Shown here piece by piece: positions 1 to 17,338 of a stretch of 48,909 nt of DNA. The number at the start of each line of letters is the position of its first letter. The first letter of the stretch is position 1. This DNA is from Ramazzottius varieornatus. Taxonomy: Eukaryota > Animalia > Tardigrada. The notes under the pieces were generated by a model. That model was not told the DNA's origin. It saw only the letters and a program-made list of their open reading frames with translations, and did no database searches. A program made the translations under genes and the position numbers. The stretch spans positions 1-48,909 of the forward strand of contig BDGG01000003.1 in NCBI GenBank assembly GCA_001949185.1, written 5' to 3'.

Positions 1-272
1 AAGAGCAAGGTCCCTGTTCTAATTAGATAAGTGCGGAGTAAGTTACTCTGTTGGATGCGGAGATAAAAGCTTTCCCAGTCGGTCAGAAGAACTGTGAAGT
101 CTGTGATGGATGCACCAGCGAAAGTGATGCCGCATCTGAAATTGTCAATACCGGACCGCGCCAAAACAATACCGCAGTTCTTTTGCGGTACCAAAAGCCA
201 ACTACATGTGCTGCCATCGCATACCGCAGAGTGTGTCCACTCCGATGTCAAATTTTGGGGTGTCCACTCCAT
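1..272 (-). CDS. Possible 5' part of a gene running off the window edge (weak XLF/NHEJ1-like N-terminus)
   Basis: Minus-strand frame open from ATG 272 to the edge: MEWTPQNL...CSWLLVPQKNCGIVLARSGIDNF...DFTVLLTDWESFYLR. Only a loose resemblance to the XLF head pattern W..L...LAK...LL.TD. Confidence 0.2.
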   Translation of the reverse strand, partial: MEWTPQNLTSEWTHSAVCDGSTCSWLLVPQKNCGIVLARSGIDNFRCGITFAGASITDFTVLLTDWESFYLRIQQSNLLRTYLIRTGTLL

Positions 273-1144
273 TGCCGCCTCCTCGTACTGCACTGCGAAA
301 TTTTACTTGCTGACGTCACAGGGCTAGTTTATGCTACGACATAACAATCTCTGCGTTAAACTACCGTCAGCCCGTCCGGCCAGAAATTTTGTCCAGGCCA
401 ATAATTCGGCCAGCCGCGTGTGCTGTTCCCTGTTTGGTCTCAGCACGTCGAATTTCATAGTATTTAATTCGTGAAACTCACAAAGTGGTGGACTTCAGTG
501 AGTAACTGCGATAACCAGCTAACCCGGCCGGAAAACGTTAGCAAGGAAAGGATTCAAAGGTACCGCTGTCACCATGAACAACCATCAGCACCTGTAGAAA
601 CCGTGAGGAAAAGGGTACGGCGAAGGCTGAAAGCCCGGACTAGGTTTGATCTTGTTGATGATATCAAGAATCCTGCCAAGGAAAGCGAGGTCCCTTCTCT
701 CAACTTTAAGGCTTCCATGATTTTACATATCTACCGCGGTTTTATCATTGCTCTTTTGCCATGGCGAGCCACGTTTATTCATCTGACTTTTAAGTCAGTT
801 CGCATTAGTACGCTTCTCCACATTCGACAACCGACATTTTATCAGCGCTTCCCAAGGGATGGAGAGTTGGCAACAAACCTAATCTGCGCGTAAATTAATA
901 AACATAAAAAACCTGGACTGTCCGAAAGCGGAAAGGATCATTCCACAAGCAAAATATCAAAAACCGCGAATCGTACGCTTCCGAGCAGTAATTCAAAACA
1001 TATATCTGAAAACTAGTTTGCCACAGACGAGAATAACTTCACTTCATATTGAGTAGGACAGAAAGAACACATGAAACTTTTACTGACACGAACTTCGTTA
1101 TGTTAACAAAGAGACAAGCCTTGTTACGCTGACAAAACGATACT

Positions 1145-4100
1145 TTATTCAGTAGCTTTTGCTGCCTTCTTTCTGGCGATGGCTTCTTCCACAGCCTTCA
1201 GCTGTCTCAAAAGCTCTTCCCGCTTTTGCGCTTTATCGGCTTCCTGAGAGGAAGGAGCCTTCGCTTTCTGAGGGATTTCCTCGTCCGACAAGGGACTACT
1301 TCTGTCTTCTACACTTGTCGCTGCAATGAAAGGATGTAAATTAAGAAACACTAACGAGAGAAAAAGATCTATTCGGTCTTTTCAAGCCACCCATCATTTC
1401 GAAAACTTTCTACAATGATCCGCATTTTCTTCTCTGGCTATTTCGACGAAGAATCTTACGTTCAGGTCTAGATGGTGCATCAGCAGCTGCTTTATCCGGG
1501 TCATTCTCGTCGTCTTCAGCCATCAAGCCGAAAGCGGCCAGAGGATTTCGGCGCTCCGCCTGCAAGAACGACGATCACAAATTGAGTTCATATTTCCACA
1601 TGGAACATTCAAAAATGTTTCCATCCTTTCGGAAGGAAAGTACTATGTATACCTTGATGCCGATGGTGAGTTTGATCGGTTTATGTGACTTCTTGAGTTT
1701 CTTCCGGTCAGGTTCTTCCGAAGGCTGTTCAGCCGGTGATTGAGTCCTCTCGGGACTACCTTCGGGGGAGATGGGAGAGCCAGAATGCTGACGTCGCCGA
1801 CTGGGTCGCTCCTCATCTACAAAGAAGCTCTCTCGAATTCAAAATCACTATCACGTCACCACTCTTGGACGAATCAGCCCGCAAAATAGACCTGCATACG
1901 CGAATCGTACTGAACGGCATTCCGCCTTGTATGCAGGTCCTCTACCGGCCGTTCAACCGTGACTTCACGGACCTGCATACTTGATGTTGCAATGAACGAA
2001 CGAAGTACTGCATGCATCTACGGGATTGGCATGCTTTGAATGCATCTTACCTTGGCTTTCTTCCGCCGTTGATTCTCCTTCGTCGTCAATTGGCGGTGTT
2101 CGCGGTCCTTCCTCTTCTGTATCCACTTCCTCAGCCGAGGAGATCCTGCTACCCACCGAGGAAATGGGCGAGCCTTCGTGAGCCTTCTTCGCTGCTCGAC
2201 CATTGCGGCTGTTGGGTTCTCTCTTCCTGCTGGCGCCGTTGCGTGGAGGTGTGATGGCCGAAGTGTTGGACAGACGCTTTTGTCGGTCGAATGTAGCGCT
2301 ATCACGACGAAGGAGTGGTGCTGGGGAAGGAGACTTGGAGGGTGAAGAACGCGGAGAGTGATGCGAAGGCGAGCTGATGGGGCTTCCGCTGGGTGCGCGT
2401 TGAGGAGGTGCTGTTCGACGGGGCGATTCGCCACTGCGACGCTGAGTCGCTCCTTTCGGCCCACTGACGTCGGATATCCTGAAAATCCGTAAATAAATGA
2501 ATATACGCTTTCTTTCATAACCTGGAAGCCCCCAGACAAACACGACAATGGTGTTTTACCAGGTGGCGCGCGCATCCTTATTACTGGCTGGAAGCGCGCG
2601 CCACTAGGGAAAACAATTTTGTCGAGTTCCCTAGTGGCGCACTTTTTCAGTGACGTTGGCTGAGAGAGTGCGCCATTCGGAAAAACTATCTTATCGAGCT
2701 TCTTTGCCGATCTACGATTTTACGAAACTTTACAAAATCTTGAGTCAATTTTACGACAATGAATCCACAATCAGAACGAACAAATAACTCAAGCAAAATC
2801 TTGCGAAAAAAACGCGATAACTGATTTCAGAGAAACTTACCGAGAGGTGGCGGAAATCTTGCTTGTTTTGCTGATGGGTGATCCGGAGCGCGACCTCGGC
2901 GGCTTGACTGTCGGTTTCCTGGCCGGTCTCTCCGGTCTTTCCCATTTGCTGGGGTCCTCTCGACGTCTGTCGCGGTTGATGGGAGACCGAGAGCGCATCC
3001 AAGGGTCGCGCCACTCGTCGGGTGCGCGGTTGCGTTGGTTCATCCGGTCATTCATGTTACGATCGTTCAGGCTGCGGTCGCTCAAGTTACGCCGCATGTC
3101 AGTCGGACCCGGTGGACTTCTTCTCCGTGGTTCCATTCGATCCATCATCTCCCTCCCGTTACCGAAACTAAAACCAGTCACAATATTCCTGAATCCACAT
3201 GATTTCTTTAAATACTGTAAGAAATTCTTCCTTAAAATACTTGTTGAAATTCATTCGACGAGCTTCTCTTTGAGCAGCTTCAAAATCGTTCCGCACGGCG
3301 AATGCGGGGAAAGGAACTCGTTGTCTGCCAACTTCGTTGAAAGGAAAAGGCTGCAGCTCCTTTTGCCGGAACTCATTTCTAAAAATAAAACACCAAATTC
3401 ACCTCTCAGCATAACCGATCAAGTTTGCAAACTCTTCTCCTTCCATTTCAATCTCGAAAAATATTCCGAAAAAACCCTGGAGTTATGGATGGGTAAACTG
3501 AAATTACTGAAGAGTCTTACTCAAGTTCGGGATCGAAAGCGTCTCCCAGTCCATGCATCTTATCTTCCATAGCGTCCCTCTTCTTCGCTGCGGCTTGTGA
3601 CAAGATCTTCGCGGATCTCAGACTCTTTTCCCAAGCAGACTCTCTTCTTGGAGGTTCAATCACGGCCGGAAAGAAGTCGGCTTGAGGAATGATGCGAGCG
3701 AAGAGATTCATAGGAGGAACGATGAGAGGAGCCGCAGGCACAGGTGGTGGAGTTCGTGGGCGGGGCGGCCTGGTAGCAGCCGTCCTGAGGGGTGGCGCCA
3801 GCTTGACATCACGCTGCAGCTGGACACTTGTCGGAACTGAAACCATACAGCTTACGTCACTACACAACACGGACAAACCAGACATTGGTGACGTAAACAG
3901 ACGGTCTTACCGAAATCTATACCCATTACAGCATCTCAGAACATTCGATTTTATACGATTTTCTTCTTGTACCTGCAGGTTCTTCTTTCTTCCCCTTCGA
4001 TCCATCGAACATGTCGTAATTTCCCTTGTCGACGGATCCAGGATGAATGAAGCGACAATGAGAGCCCCAGGTGCACTGGCCTTTGTAGAAGTACTTGCAG

Positions 4101-4629
4101 ATCTGGCCGGACTTAGAGTTCTTGTCGCCATCTTCGTCTTCGTCCACTTCGCCATCTTCCAGCTCACCTTCTTCGGGGTCTTCTTTCTCGACACCGGGAT
4201 CATCCACTTCTCCTTCATCAGAGGCTTCCTGCAGGTTCTCACTTAGTTCCTGTGCCACGGTAAGATGTTCAAACGTCAAAATTACCCCTTCTTCGTGGGC
4301 TTCCGAAGTTTTCTTGCCCGTTTTCTTGTCGTCAGTGTTTTCTGACGTCTTCGAGACATCGAACGATTTCTCTTCATCCAACTCGTCGGTATCAGAAATG
4401 GGAGAATCTACTCTCGAGGCACCCGCAGAAGAAACATTCTGCTTCACTTCGGGCTTTGTTTCTTGCTCGACTTGTTCGTCCTCGACCGTATTCGACTCTG
4501 GAAACAAAAATGTTAGAGCGGAATTCGAATCTTAAATAAACTTGAATAGTACTTAATATCTACTAACTACTAACCTTCGGTCGCAGGCGCTTCGTCCTCC
4601 TTGATGGTGTCATCTTCGGAGTTTTCCAT
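1145..4629 (-). CDS. ZC3H18: Zinc finger CCCH domain-containing protein 18 (multi-exon)
   Basis: Acidic EEGELEDGE stretch, CCCH finger CKYFYKGQCTWGSHCRFIHPG, ESAWEKSLRSAK, DEWRDPWMRSRSP, and C-terminus REELLRQLKAVEEAIARKKA. ATG at 4629, TAA at 1145. Confidence 0.9.
1890..2019. repeat. Family B inverted motif pairs (two units) in a ZC3H18 intron
   Basis: ACCTGCATAC 1890-1899 / GTATGCAGGT 1929-1938 (29 nt spacer). ACCTGCATAC 1971-1980 / degenerate GCATGCATCT 2010-2019 (29 nt). Confidence 0.75.
2563..2676. repeat. Family A 43-bp palindromic element, tandem pair, in a ZC3H18 intron
   Basis: GTGGCGCGC-N24-GCGCGCCAC (2563-2604) and GTGGCGCAC-N25-GTGCGCCAT (2634-2676). The linker is itself bounded by CCACTAGGGA/TCCCTAGTGG. 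Confidence 0.8.
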
Positions 4630-5387
4630 TTGATTCATAAGCCTAGAAAGAAAAGAAAAGGATTCTTCAGAGATCAGCGTATGTTCAGTCAATCAATGCA
4701 CAACAATCAACTGTGTCAGTCGCTGATTTGGAACTCGCGAAACAGAATTCTCCCTCCTCGCCATCTTTCGCCAGTTTAGCAGATCCAACACGATAGAACG
4801 GCACGTTTACCTCTCTCAAACCAAGAACAAAAAGAAAACCAGCCCAAGCTGCGTGAAGGTAGCAAAGATGGCGATTCCACTTTGACCACAGCACGACTGA
4901 CTGTGCGTGCACTCGCACACTATCCAAGTGGATATTTGTTAGCAAGCACATCTTTCCAGCTACAGAACACTTTGACTCTCAACGAGAACTATCACAATCA
5001 TAAGCATACCTTGATGTTCTGAGTAAAAGATGGGAGAGGTTCGAAAGGTGTCCCGCTGTCTCCGATGGAACACTGAAAAATAAAATAAATTTCCTACAGT
5101 CTGGCTCGATAACCATACGTCATACGTTGGCGACGTCATTGATCAATCAATCATAAAAACTCTGATCTATATTTCAACCAGCCAAGATCAAACCGTTTTA
5201 GAGGACACACCTAGAGGCGTGACGTCAATCAAAAAGTTGATTTTGTGATTTGTAGGATTCTGAAAATTAATTCGTCCGTGATCTTTTTCCCCGAATTCAC
5301 TCGAACCTTATCCTTTCAATCTTCAGCTTGCTTCCCGTCATCAATTGGAGCAAGGAGCTTTCCGGAAGTCCAGGTCTGATCACCGAC

Positions 5388-8189
5388 ATGGACGTGAACG
5401 AAATTTTGGGAGCAGTCCATGTAAGTTCCGCTGCAAGATACTAGTTCACCTCGTATCTTTCCCAATGACGATAAATTTCCACCTGAAGGCAACCTCACGG
5501 AAACGGGATACGTCCAGTGCAAGGCAAAATGGAACATCGGAGAAGGCAAGGAGTTCCAAGTTTCAGAAGTTAGACGAAGACGGAGTGGCCGAGGCGCCCA
5601 CCATCCTCCCAGCTGGCTTCTTTGATGCTGAAGTCCAAGAAGCACTGGACAAACTCAACGCTGAACCAGCGGTAAGTTTCCTCTGGTTATACTCTCGATT
5701 CCAGAGTTGAAGGGGGGTCTTTTTCTGTCTAGGATGAAAGAGAAGCACTCGACGAGATGGCAGTCCGGCGGATTCTTAGTACCTTCGAGAAGACTGTCTT
5801 GAAAAATTCGGAATTACGGGTAAAATTCGCGGACGAACCTCTGAAGTAAGATTTACCTTCTACCGAATAATCTGTGCGTTAACGGAAGCTAGCCAATGGA
5901 ACCTGGAGAGAAAATTCTTGTGATAGGTATCTAGATTCAGAATTCGACCTGAAAGAAGCCATCCACAAACTAAACCTTCTCGCGACACAGCCCGATCTCT
6001 ATCCTGTCGTCTTACAGATGAATTTTGTCCAACGAATAATACAGCTTTTGTCTCACGAGAATACAGGTACGAAATACTGATAAACCTCTCTAGATCGTCA
6101 AAAATTTTCCAGGTTTCGTATTGCAAATTGATTATCATTCTTTTTTATTTTCAGTTATTTCTTACGCTACCATTCTCCTATTGGAAGAATTAACCGATGC
6201 CGAAACTCTGGGAGAATCTGCAGAAGAAGCATCTGGCTTTGTTGAAGCTCTGGTTCGAACTCCACTTCGAATTCCGGTTAACTTTGCGCATCATGAGCAC
6301 ATGGTATTTTGATCGTTTTTCAGTTGAAAGAGCACGTTGTGATCAGTTTGATTCAGAACCTCGACCGTCTGGACGAATCCTTTGAAGACGACGCCGACGC
6401 TATCTTCCACACGCTCGGTGTCATCGAGAACATTCTAGAGTTCAAGCCAGATAGCGCAGAACCTATCGCCAAAGTTGGAGCTTTGAAATGGATACTTCGG
6501 CGGATAAATGTACGGTACCAGTTTTCACTTCCAGTTAGCAATAAAGGCGCTCAAAAAATTCAGTTCACGAATTTTAATGTTTTGTAATGGTATTTTCTCC
6601 AGAAAAATATGCAGTTTGACACGAACAAGCAGTACGCTAGCGAGATTCTTTCCATCCTTGTCCAAGACAGCGCGCAGAACCGGAAGGCGGTTGGTGAGAT
6701 GAACGGCGTGGATATCCTCCTTCGACAACTGTCCGTTTACAAGAAGAAAGACCCACAGTCCGGTGATGAAGTGGAGATGATGGAGAACCTCTTCAACTGT
6801 CTCAACTCGGTTCTGCTGTACGGACCGAACAGGAAGCTCTTCTTGGATGGCGAAGGCATCCAACTGATGATCCTCATGCTGAAGTAAGTACCGCATTGAG
6901 ACAGGTACAGGCGTGCAGATTGTCGCACAGTTAGTCATGGTGCCTGGGTATGCAGGAGCGTGCGCGGTTTCCAGCCTGTTACGTACCTACGTATAGTGAA
7001 GCGTGCGTTTTATATAATGTTGGTGTATGCAGGTGTCTGAACGTTTTCTTGATCGTTGAAAGTTGAAACTGTCCGGGTATTACCTTACCTGAAGTCTACC
7101 AGTCATCGTTTTTCGCTTTTGTGTTTTAGGGAGAAAAGATTATCGTTGGTTAGCGCCATCAAAGTCCTCAGTTTCGCGCTGACGAGCGACGATGACGCCG
7201 AACCTTTGTGCAACAAGTTTATCGAAGCGCTCGGCTTGGGCCGTCTCTTTCCCTTCTTTATGCAGCCTCCCAAGCAGAGCCATAAGCGTGGTGGCACCAA
7301 GGAAAATGTTGAAGGTAGGCGGGCTCTAATTTTCACTTTGGAATCTCCTGTCGGAAGAATCTAGCCTGAAGACAGCGATAAATCCACGTAAATGCCTCAA
7401 GTACCTGCAAACCATCCTGTACGCAGCAGAGAGTAATCTGCTGTATGCAGGTTCTCGGAAAGTTATCAGATGTCACTTTCTGTCTTTCCATAGTGCTAAA
7501 ACTGCTTTCTTGCTTACTTTTCAACTGTCCTGAAGACGCTCAGCTTTTTGTAAAGTCAACCGAATGTGGCAAAAAATAGGTTGGTTTTTCCAGAGCATCT
7601 GTGTTCGATCGTGTCGTCGCTCGCACGAAACACAACCCTCGACTTCCGGAAGCGTTTTCTCTTCAAGTTTGAGGAATCCGAGTTTGAGAAGGTGGATCGG
7701 GTCATCGATCTGCATCGGGACTACGTGGCGAAGGTTGAGCAGTGTGATAAAGAAATAGCCAAGGACTTGCAGGAGATGGACGAACCCGACGAAGACACCG
7801 AAGACCAGATGTACCTCCGACGACTCGATGCTGGCGCCTTCACCCTGCAGAAAGTCGATATTCTCATTCTAGAAATTTATTCTGATGCAGAACTCGAGGT
7901 GAATCTTCAAAAACAATTTATGTACTTGATTCGCATTAGGCTGACAATTTATTCTCTCAGGTGAGAAAGCGGATAAACAGAATACTGACTATGCAACAAG
8001 TCCCTCGAGAATCCATCACCAAACCAGTAAAAGGTAAGACGAGAAACGAAAACAGGTTATTTGTAATATAGAATTCTTTTTTATATAGAGTATATGGAAG
8101 AAATCAAACAAGAACACGGGGATGTGAGTAAAAGAAGAGATTACGCACGGTTGAGTGTTTTGATGGATCGTTTCCAGGTCGTCGACTAA
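5388..8189 (+). CDS. CTNNBL1: Beta-catenin-like protein 1 (Prp19 complex), multi-exon
   Basis: MDVNEIL start; KNSELRVKFADEPLKYLDSEFDL; LIQNLDRLDES; FDTNKQYASEILSILVQ; EMMENLFNCL; FLDGEGIQLMILML; MYLRRLDAGAFTLQ. Confidence 0.95.
6948..7034. repeat. Family B motifs in a CTNNBL1 intron
   Basis: GTATGCAGGA 6948-6957; degenerate ACCTACGTAT 6985-6994 / GTATGCAGGT 7025-7034 (30 nt spacer). Confidence 0.6.
7403..7452. repeat. Family B inverted motif pair in a CTNNBL1 intron
   Basis: ACCTGCAAAC-N30-GTATGCAGGT. Confidence 0.7.
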
Positions 8190-8278
8190 TTTCCATTTTT
8201 TCTTGCATGACGAGTTCGTTTGAACTTTTATCCACTAACCAGGATTTGTCAAGAACGTTTTTTTCTGTTCGACAGTGG

Positions 8279-8951
8279 TCAAAGTTTACAAAAACCGTTT
8301 CCGCAGAGGTACTTGAGGGTATGTTTGGCTTCCTTCACGTCAGCCTGCGCTGCTTTCCGAATATACCCCTCGGCCTCCCTGAAATTAACCCAATGAATGT
8401 AACCAAAACAAACTTTCAGGGTTCGCAGCGATCACAATAGTATCCCAATCGACTCGAATATCGGCTCTGGCAGCCACAGCCGGAAATTTTCGGTCTGAAA
8501 AAGACTTCCGGTTGTGCTATAAGTATTCGTTAACTTTCAAGGCTTTGTGAACTGTGGTCGATGATCACCCTTCTGCAAGATGGGAATGCAGACGATGGAC
8601 ATGCCCGTATCCCAGATTATACGCTGCTTCAGGGTGGCCTTGCAGAGCTGCTTTGTGGAACCAGTACATGGCAGCTCGGTGGTTCACGACCGTTCCATCT
8701 CCCTGGAGGTACTTTTGGCCCGCCATGTACTGCGCATCCTGGTCTCCAAACCATCCACCAAGGAGCGTAACCCATAACCCGAGAGTTTTTCCGCAAGCTA
8801 GACAGAAAATCAGGGAGAAGGTACCAGCGACAAGAGCGATCTGCAGACCGTACTGGTCTTCAAATGACTTTGTGGCGGGTGGACGTTTTCGTAGGCGTAC
8901 TTTGGCTAGGACACCTACATCGATCTTCACGTCAGAAGAACTCGCAGCCAT
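8279..8951 (-). CDS. Small Sel1-like repeat protein with an N-terminal hydrophobic segment (exons 8569-8951 and 8279-8378)
   Basis: AQYMAGQKYLQGDG...AAMYWFHKAALQGHPEAAYNLG is a Sel1 repeat. A GT-AG intron joins it to GEAEGYIRKAAQADVKEAKHTLKYLCGNGFCKL*. Confidence 0.85.
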
Positions 8952-9237
8952 CCCGATCGGAATTTGAGGGTTTAAGAACAGACGTTCAGAAGACTGTAAA
9001 AGTCAGCGATGGTTGCAGCGCAACGTCAGACACGACTATCGGTCAATCCAGGCTCGATCCTCGAACCTGCCGTCTTCGACACACCTGTCCAGACACGCTC
9101 AGAGAATGTCTAGCCGAACGTGAAGCTCCCAGCCGGTACCTGGGGTACTAGCTAAGCCGGGAAACAGAGCAAATGTACTGTGTATTAGACGTAAGTAATA
9201 TGAAGGGCAGATGATTCGAACATGATGTTTATCTCAA

Positions 9238-9280
9238 GTAGCGCACGTCATCATTGCTACTGAATAATGATGTGCGCCAC
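9238..9280. repeat. Family A 43-bp palindromic element between the divergent Sel1 and MTHFD1 genes
   Basis: GTAGCGCAC-N25-GTGCGCCAC. Confidence 0.75.
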
Positions 9281-9673
9281 TTACGAAAACGATTGTGTTC
9301 ATTGCAGTAAATTTGTCCACGTTCTGTATTTGTTATCAGATTAAAGTTTTCTCCAGATGTCAGCACTAACGTTCCACGAGCCTGTACCCAGCTCAAGATT
9401 ACGGCTTTTGTTGAACTAGCCGTTCTGCCGTAATCTTCTGATAATCAGGCTACTTGACCTGCGGCACTTAAATCTTGATAATGAGTGACGCTGTGCCAAA
9501 ACTTCCCTGTCATGTCTTACAGTTGATCGCTGCTGCACATGACGAGTTATCTTCGGCGTGCATCAGTAACTGTTGAAGAGGAGAAACTTTTTGTACGGCG
9601 CGCATTCCTTTCCATCTGGTTCCTATTTCCTCGTCTAGATTGGTCTTGTTGGCGTGGGACCACCATAGGGAGC

Positions 9674-15398
<5,725 letters not shown>

Positions 15399-15568
15399 GG
15401 TCTTAGTCGGTCTGCCTCTTCCTGCACATCGCATTCCGTTTTCGCGAGGGCGACCAAAATTAAACCCTCCCTTCGTTGCACCTTCTTTCCAATGTCCATG
15501 CTCAGTTTGCTCACTACCAATGATTTAGAGGGTAAGATCCTGGTCTTATTTCAAGATTGTTTTTTCAA

Positions 15569-15611
15569 GTGACGCACACCTTCAGCCAAGAACACAGAAA
15601 ACTTGCGCCAT
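15569..15611. repeat. Family A element (degenerate) between the convergent MTHFD1 and C18orf21-like genes
   Basis: GTGACGCAC-N25-TTGCGCCAT; spacer accttcagccaagaacacagaaaac resembles the other copies. Confidence 0.65.
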
Positions 15612-15747
15612 GCGGAAATCAATGTTGTCGAGCTTGTTTGCCGAGCTTCTCAATACTTAAATCCTCAGACATCTTTGAGACGAGATGTCATTCCAAATGA
15701 TACTTTATCAAATCGGGAAATTGTGCGAAAAATAAAGCAGCAAGTTA

Positions 15748-16584
15748 TCACATTAAGAATCTGTCGAGCAGACTTTTCATGGGTTGGCTCGGAGGAGCGC
15801 GAGAGTTTAACGACGGAGAATTCAGGGCTTTCTTAAAAGACGATATCGAAGCAGGAATAAGTAGTCCAGCATTCTTGTCTTTTACTTTACGTTTCCTGGC
15901 GGAAGACGGGATTGAAGTGGGAGTAACCGGAAGCTTCTCAGAGGGCTTCGCTGGTATCGCAGTGGAGACTTCTTTCGTGCGAAGAATGCTGGTCGCGACA
16001 GCCGTTTCAGCAGCTTCTTTCAGCTTTTTCTGAGTAGATCTCGGAATGCTAGGCTGTGTGAAAGTTTTCCTGCAAACTTCGCACCGAAAACACTGAAAAT
16101 AAGTTACTGTAGAATAACTGAGCTGTGGGAAAATAAGACAGGAACATTATCACTTTTGGCTTTCCAGATTTTTCCTTACAATTTGATTCCTCGATTGCTG
16201 AAATACTGCCACTTCTTTTGACTCCCCAAATCTCCTCGCCTGTTTGCTGAGAATTTTAGAAACGTTCCGAGTGCATCGCTTTCGGCTTTGGACGCTTACT
16301 TTGACGTTATCAGGGTTGCGCTGTGTTCCGCAATACGGACAGATATTCGTGGATAATGTTTTCAACGAACCTATAGATAAATACAACAGACTATTCAGGA
16401 GAAATGTGTCTGTTGTCCAATGTGTGTGATGCAAACCTCGTTTGTCTTCGGGTAATTCCTGCAGCCAAAGCGAGGTGAAGTAAGCGGAGAGTGGCGACCG
16501 CTGGGAGAAGAGCGAGGAGGCTTGCTGGTGGAATATCGAAGCGGAGAGAAGAAAATCAGGGCTGGTTGCGCTTTCGGATTCCAT
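15748..16584 (-). CDS. C18orf21: C18orf21/RMP24-like zinc-binding protein (Rpp21/Snm1-like RNase MRP subunit)
   Basis: FLLSAS...ICPYCG...DNVKVSV...VSKILSKQAR...FQQSRNQI, spliced to CFRCEVCRKT. Two CxxC pairs with the spacing and intervening motifs I recall for the C18orf21 family, followed by a basic low-complexity tail. Confidence 0.7.
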
Positions 16585-17338
16585 CGGAGCTCGAGCTGAT
16601 ATACTCAGACTTTGTCCTCCCTTTGTGGGTGAGATTTCATCGTTCTGGTCGTCATGAAAGTTAATGGTCGGTGAGGAGGAGCAGAGGAAACCGCGGATTC
16701 GAAACAGACGTCGAAATGAATGCGAAGCACTACCCCTCAAGTGACGCATGACCTGCGTGACAAAATGGGCGTGTCTCAAAAACGCGACATTTACGTAAGA
16801 TCTCGATTATTAGGCTGCGTAAATCACTCGTCGATCGCTGGACCACATTTTGTTCTACGAGGTAAAGGTCGTAAACTTAGTCGCCCCATACCGGGTTTGA
16901 AAGTTAGCCATGGCTGTAGCGTCTATCGCTTGATTGACCATTTGATTGTCAGTCTTCGCTTTTTAACATGAGATTCAACGTTTTTCTAATTGCGGATCTC
17001 TTGGATTCTCCGAATCTTCACGTTGACTGTACCTAAGACAATTCGACAGCCCATTATTTTATCTACCGATCTATCCATAAATGTTTGGGATTAAGTAGGA
17101 GAGAACAGGCGAACTTGGACGGCTAACTTAATAAACCCGGTATCGGGTGGCTAACTTTACAACCGTTCCCTCGTACATCCTAGTACGCCATTCCCCAACA
17201 ATCTGTTTTGGTTTTCTACTATTTTCAACGTGACTAGAGTGTGGAGATTGGAGCAACGTTGAAGGAGAGTTTAGAGATCGCAGCAACGTTGAGGGTGGAA
17301 GCAGAGCGCCAGAAGACTTCGGTTGCCTTGAGGACGAC

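Noticed and set aside
471-893. 140-aa plus-strand ORF
   Set aside because: GTG start, no recognisable motifs, and located between other gene ends.
2847-4535. Long plus-strand ORFs (241, 185, 146 aa)
   Set aside because: Antisense shadows of low-complexity ZC3H18 exons.
8565-8567. TGA readthrough or selenocysteine in the Sel1 ORF
   Set aside because: The TGA lies in the GTGAT splice donor; splicing to 8378 completes the protein.
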